Shown here: in pieces, positions 34,290 through 37,320 of the stretch | Numbering within the stretch: the stretch's first letter is position 1 | How the letters are laid out: every line of letters starts with the position of its first letter | DNA from: a virus | Lineage: Duplodnaviria; Caudoviricetes | Direction: 5' to 3' (one strand) | Length of the DNA stretch: 37,320 nt | IMG/VR virus record: IMGVR_UViG_3300020042_003876 | Span: 1-37,320 of that record | Notes under the pieces: generated by a model | Seen by the model: the letters and a program-made list of their open reading frames with translations, nothing else | What the model was told of the DNA's origin: nothing | Database searches by the model: none | Translations under genes and position numbers: made by a program

Positions 34290-34444
34290 TTCTTACTTCT
34301 TTCTAGTTGATATTCAATGCCGTAGATTATATCGTCAGTGTATCCACCTACCTCAGCGTCTCTAGCGGATGTCATAGTAGCAATAACGACATCCCATTCA
34401 TCTTTCAATAGCGTGATACTCGCCGTCGTTTCGATCACTCTCAT
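34286..34444 (-). CDS. Small protein (52 aa)
   Basis: MRVIETTASITLLKDEWDVVI...; GGGGAG RBS. Confidence 0.65.
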   Translation of the reverse strand: MRVIETTASITLLKDEWDVVIATMTSARDAEVGGYTDDIIYGIEYQLERSKK

Positions 34445-34445
34445 G

Positions 34446-34640
34446 TCATATCTCCCCTTCATACGCTAGGAATTCGTACACTGTGTCCCTTGATCGGAAC
34501 ACTTCGGCAAGGGACATCAGCACCTCGTTCGCCTGTCCCACGATCTTGTGTTCGTGATGCGCTCCCATCGTGTCCCTTCGGATGATCGTTACCGTATACA
34601 GCCCATCAGATTCTTCGATCACCTTCACGTTACTCATCAT
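34446..34640 (-). CDS. Hypothetical protein
   Basis: GGGAGG RBS. Confidence 0.7.
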   Translation of the reverse strand: MMSNVKVIEESDGLYTVTIIRRDTMGAHHEHKIVGQANEVLMSLAEVFRSRDTVYEFLAYEGEI

Positions 34641-34743
34641 CTCCCTCCCGTTGATCGACCCATCCTGAGCAAGCGCACCAGATTACAGTGCCACGCAAAG
34701 GACGACCATTAAGCGTTCCGACACGACCACACTTCTCACACAT
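34630..34743 (-). CDS. Small Cys-motif protein (37 aa)
   Basis: MCEKCGRVGTLNGRPLRGTVIWCACSGWVDQREGDDE; GAAAGGG RBS. Confidence 0.6.
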   Translation of the reverse strand: MCEKCGRVGTLNGRPLRGTVIWCACSGWVDQREGDDE

Positions 34744-35047
34744 CATCATTCCCTTTCGTTAGGTACAGACTGTTGTCCTCAACAGTCCACACTAGGTCAT
34801 CATCCCGGAGAGAATTCAACCATTGAACAGCATCCTGTGCCGCATCGAACAGTGGCTCAGACCACACAGGATAGTTGTCACCATCCCTCTCGTCCACCTT
34901 GCGAGCATCAAGGATCTCGTCGATCTCCCACTGTCCACCATCCCATCCGTTGATCTCCGCGAACGTGATCGTGAGCACTTCTAGGTGATCTGCGCTCAGG
35001 TGGGATCCATCGACGTAGCATCCCACTTCCGTATGTACATCCTTCAT
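34736..35047 (-). CDS. Acidic hypothetical protein
   Basis: GGAGG RBS, ATGA overlap. Confidence 0.7.
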   Translation of the reverse strand: MKDVHTEVGCYVDGSHLSADHLEVLTITFAEINGWDGGQWEIDEILDARKVDERDGDNYPVWSEPLFDAAQDAVQWLNSLRDDDLVWTVEDNSLYLTKGNDDV

Positions 35048-35244
35048 TCCGTTCCTCCCTCGCTACCATTAACAGCTCCATGATACACACCAGTATCGTA
35101 GGCGAATATCAGTAACAGTCGCACAGATTCCGCTAGGTCCTCATCCGTGAATGAATGATCACCTGCTATCTCCACGATCCGTAATCCCATCATCTTCCAC
35201 AGTGTGTCCCTTTCATTCATCATCTTCACTTTCTTGTCACTCAT
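35044..35244 (-). CDS. Hypothetical protein
   Basis: AAGGGG RBS. Confidence 0.65.
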   Translation of the reverse strand: MSDKKVKMMNERDTLWKMMGLRIVEIAGDHSFTDEDLAESVRLLLIFAYDTGVYHGAVNGSEGGTE

Positions 35245-35258
35245 TCCATTCCCCTTCG

Positions 35259-35411
35259 CTAGATTAGTGTGTTACTTGCGGAACAGTCGCTCATCGGATC
35301 CGTATACCCGTGAGCCTTTACCCTCACCAGTCCATCCTCTCTCTGTCCATCCTCAGCGGATACGTCGTAGCCACAGTCGGGGCACGACACTCTCACTAGT
35401 TTCGTAATCAT
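35259..35411 (-). CDS. Small Zn-binding protein (50 aa)
   Basis: MITKLVRVSCPDCG...H........C; ATGA overlap. Confidence 0.65.
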   Translation of the reverse strand: MITKLVRVSCPDCGYDVSAEDGQREDGLVRVKAHGYTDPMSDCSASNTLI

Positions 35412-35614
35412 CCGATATCTCCCTCGCACGAATTGCACACTTCACCCTGATGATCATCACTAGCGAACACAGGATGTATATCGTTCCCCTCTCTATCCTT
35501 GCGCCCCCCACTTTCGGGAGGACCGTAAGCCTCCGCTACGCAACTAGGACACCAGATGTCGGCATCTGCGGCGTACGCCACTATCTCCCAAGCCTTGCGA
35601 GCGTACGTCCTCAT
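35408..35614 (-). CDS. Zn-binding hypothetical protein
   Basis: AYAADADIWCPSC...HPVF......EVCNSC; start 35614 or 35617 after GGAG. Confidence 0.7.
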   Translation of the reverse strand: MRTYARKAWEIVAYAADADIWCPSCVAEAYGPPESGGRKDREGNDIHPVFASDDHQGEVCNSCEGDIG

Positions 35615-35796
35615 CACTCCTGCCCCTCCTTCGATAGTGAACGCGCGTAGAAGATTGTCTCTAGCGCACTGTCTAGCCAAGCCTTAGCATCCTCATCAGC
35701 GCGTATCTGTCCAGACGTTCTCAGCGCGTGGACTAGTACCCCCTCAAAGTGTGCGCCTAACCCTGCCCAATTCGGCTCTATGTTGATTGTATTCAC
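35614..35796 (-). CDS. Hypothetical protein
   Basis: GTG 35796 after GAGGGG; the upstream extension in the ORF track is a twin-hairpin region. Confidence 0.6.
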   Translation of the reverse strand: MNTINIEPNWAGLGAHFEGVLVHALRTSGQIRADEDAKAWLDSALETIFYARSLSKEGQE

Positions 35797-35811
35797 TTCG
35801 ACCCCTCTCAT

Positions 35812-35860
35812 TGACAGGCGCATCCTGTCAGTCCCGCACCTAGCAGGGTCACTAGGTGCG
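35812..35860. other. Twin intergenic hairpins
   Basis: TGACAGG/CCTGTCA (35812-30) next to CGCACCTAG/CTAGGTGCG (35835-60). Confidence 0.65.
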
Positions 35861-35869
35861 AGGCTCACG

Positions 35870-36175
35870 TTATGCGCTGTAGAGTGTGGCGCCGCGCCGT
35901 ACCGTACTCTGATGACGCGAAGTAGTCTGAGAGTATCTCACCGGGGGGATATTCCACCCATCGCTCACACTATGCCACGCAATCGGCGTCCCATACGAAT
36001 ACACCACGTAGTCCACTGTCCCGCGCTCCCATCCGGTGAGCAGGTCCTCCCGGTACTCTTCCGGTAGGTAGCCCGTACCCTCAAGCCACGCCACTCCCCG
36101 CAGGTTGCTCCCCTTGAATAGGTCCCGGTCGGCAATACGCTGATGAGCCGCATTGTTAGCCACTGACATTTTCAT
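35870..36175 (-). CDS. Conserved early phage protein
   Basis: YVVYSYGTPIAW...YSQTTSRHQ motif; AAGAGG RBS directly under a strong promoter. Confidence 0.75.
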   Translation of the reverse strand: MKMSVANNAAHQRIADRDLFKGSNLRGVAWLEGTGYLPEEYREDLLTGWERGTVDYVVYSYGTPIAWHSVSDGWNIPPVRYSQTTSRHQSTVRRGATLYSA

Positions 36176-36223
36176 AGCATCCTCTTTCGTTTAGTTTAGT
36201 TGTCCTCTAGTAGGACAAACCCT

Positions 36224-36252
36224 AGCCTAGCCTATCGCTAGGCGAGAGTCAA
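36224..36252 (-). promoter_or_regulatory. Early SigA-type promoter
   Basis: TTGACT-17 nt-TAGGCT. Confidence 0.75.
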
Positions 36253-36262
36253 GCGCACTAGA

Positions 36263-36433
36263 TTACGAATCGGTAACGGTTCGCGGATACCTTCGCGGAT
36301 AATTCTGCGCTACCTCAAATTGGTTAATGACCTCACCACACTGACAGGTTACATTCCGCGCCACGTTATTAGAATACGTGTGCATTTTCTGGCATTGTGG
36401 ACACCTATAGAATCCGCTAATGACGTATCCCAT
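36263..36433 (-). CDS. Small Zn-ribbon protein (56 aa)
   Basis: MGYVISGFYRCPQC...VTCQCG...; GGAGG RBS, TAATG coupling. Confidence 0.65.
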   Translation of the reverse strand: MGYVISGFYRCPQCQKMHTYSNNVARNVTCQCGEVINQFEVAQNYPRRYPRTVTDS

Positions 36434-36750
36434 TAGATAGCCTCCCTATCCCCGTACGCCTCCACGAATTGAGCAAACCATACAAGCGGAACGCGAGAAT
36501 AAACTCTAGTTACGTCCTGCTCCTTGACTGTCCACTCTTCAAACTCCCAGAGAATCTCTTCTACCCATTCACCATTAGCGAAGAATGCTAACTCCACGGA
36601 GTAGGGGAACCTAGCGTAACTCCCATCCCCGATATTCATAGAGACCTCATCGGCGAGAGGGTGCGCTATGCTTACCCTAGCGACAACTTGCCGACGCTCC
36701 CGACCCTTTGGACCGTACGTCTCAGCCCTCACGATGCCCATCAATTCCAC
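36433..36750 (-). CDS. Hypothetical protein
   Basis: 105 aa; GGGAGA RBS; start may be ATG 36741. Confidence 0.7.
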   Translation of the reverse strand: MELMGIVRAETYGPKGRERRQVVARVSIAHPLADEVSMNIGDGSYARFPYSVELAFFANGEWVEEILWEFEEWTVKEQDVTRVYSRVPLVWFAQFVEAYGDREAI

Positions 36751-37067
36751 TCTCCCATCCTAATGGTGGGCACGATGCCCGCCATGTCTTGAACCGTGGT
36801 AACGGTACTCTCATACCGTCTCAGTGGTGCCTCATCATCCTTCGGCCCCACCAAATTAGTGGCAGGGTCAAGGCCCTTGACAGGCTTAGGCTTAGTCTGA
36901 CGGACCCTCACCGGGGCCACCCTAGCGGGTCGGTATCTCTCCCCCGATGATGGGTGCCACCCGTCGGGGTTAGTCGCTGTACGTAATCCGTGGGCAATTC
37001 GTGGGGCCTTAGCGGGAACACGTCCTAAGTCCGTCGGTGTTCCCCCTCCCCCATAAGGTGAGGACAT
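36741..37067 (-). CDS. Basic Pro/Arg-rich first early protein
   Basis: GGAGG at 37077-81; first ORF after the terminal promoter. Confidence 0.6.
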   Translation of the reverse strand: MSSPYGGGGTPTDLGRVPAKAPRIAHGLRTATNPDGWHPSSGERYRPARVAPVRVRQTKPKPVKGLDPATNLVGPKDDEAPLRRYESTVTTVQDMAGIVPTIRMGEWN

Positions 37068-37176
37068 GACTAGTAAACCTCCAAGAGAATAGGTATTCGT
37101 ACTGTTCGATTTAATTCCCTGCCTTGCTTATGTACCCATTTAACCATTTTTTTATCGCTTAGTAAAATCTGTAGGG

Positions 37177-37192
37177 TGTGACTTAGGTAACA
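37177..37192. promoter_or_regulatory. CRP/GlxR-like site (one mismatch)
   Basis: TGTGA-CTTAGG-TAACA. Confidence 0.4.
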
Positions 37193-37249
37193 GCCCCGGC
37201 GACCGGTTTGGTGTGGCTGACGTACCCTCGTTTCATCCTTACAGAACCT

Positions 37250-37278
37250 AATTTACTCTCATCCCAAACAGGAGTCAA
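37250..37278 (-). promoter_or_regulatory. Early SigA-type promoter
   Basis: TTGACT-17 nt-TAAATT. Confidence 0.75.
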
Positions 37279-37320
37279 GGGTTTAACCGATAATAGGACA
37301 CATAATCATGTGACGTGAGT

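Noticed and set aside
34661-34671. Second copy of the CATCCTGAGCA pseudoknot motif
   Set aside because: It is on the non-transcribed strand, inside a small ORF, and lacks the pairing partners.
36280-36301. TTCGCGGATA direct repeat
   Set aside because: Only two copies, inside a coding tail (YPR-R-YPR). An operator role near the promoter is possible but unsupported.
37280-37320. Direct terminal repeat with the window start
   Set aside because: I see no meaningful identity between the two ends, so completeness and terminus type cannot be established from this window.

Overview
The window looks like a complete or near-complete ~37.3 kb genome of a lytic, short-tailed (podovirus-like) dsDNA phage of Actinobacteria. 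The host inference rests on a WhiB gene, TANNNT and leaderless promoters and the gene content; the moderate GC suggests a low-GC, possibly freshwater, host. On the + strand are the terminase, portal, a cluster of tiny basic proteins, four probable internal virion/ejection proteins, scaffold, N4-gp56-type major capsid, FN3 decoration protein, tail proteins, holins and an amidase endolysin (313-23653). These are followed by a replication module: Cas4-like nuclease, putative SSB, DnaB-like helicase, resolvase, split primase, DUF1599-like protein, metallophosphoesterase and sigma factor (23944-29709). On the - strand is an early region of about 30 small genes (29764-37067) driven by near-consensus SigA promoters, including WhiB, DUF932 and a secreted lysozyme-like protein. 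I recognised no integrase, repressor, DNA or RNA polymerase, tape measure or CRISPR array. The most notable feature is a 79-nt element at 14824-14902. It has the hallmarks of the tRNA-like domain of tmRNA (G3.U70 acceptor stem, stemless GG-N-N-UCGA D-loop, GAC linker, T-arm) but no mRNA-like/tag domain, and is immediately followed by a predicted H-type pseudoknot leader of the scaffold-capsid genes. Other non-coding signals are a PafBC/RecA-NDp-type leaderless promoter for the replication operon, a divergent gene-less promoter, CRP-like and DnaA boxes at the ends, and a second small pseudoknot. All calls are by eye from motifs and synteny; no database search was run.
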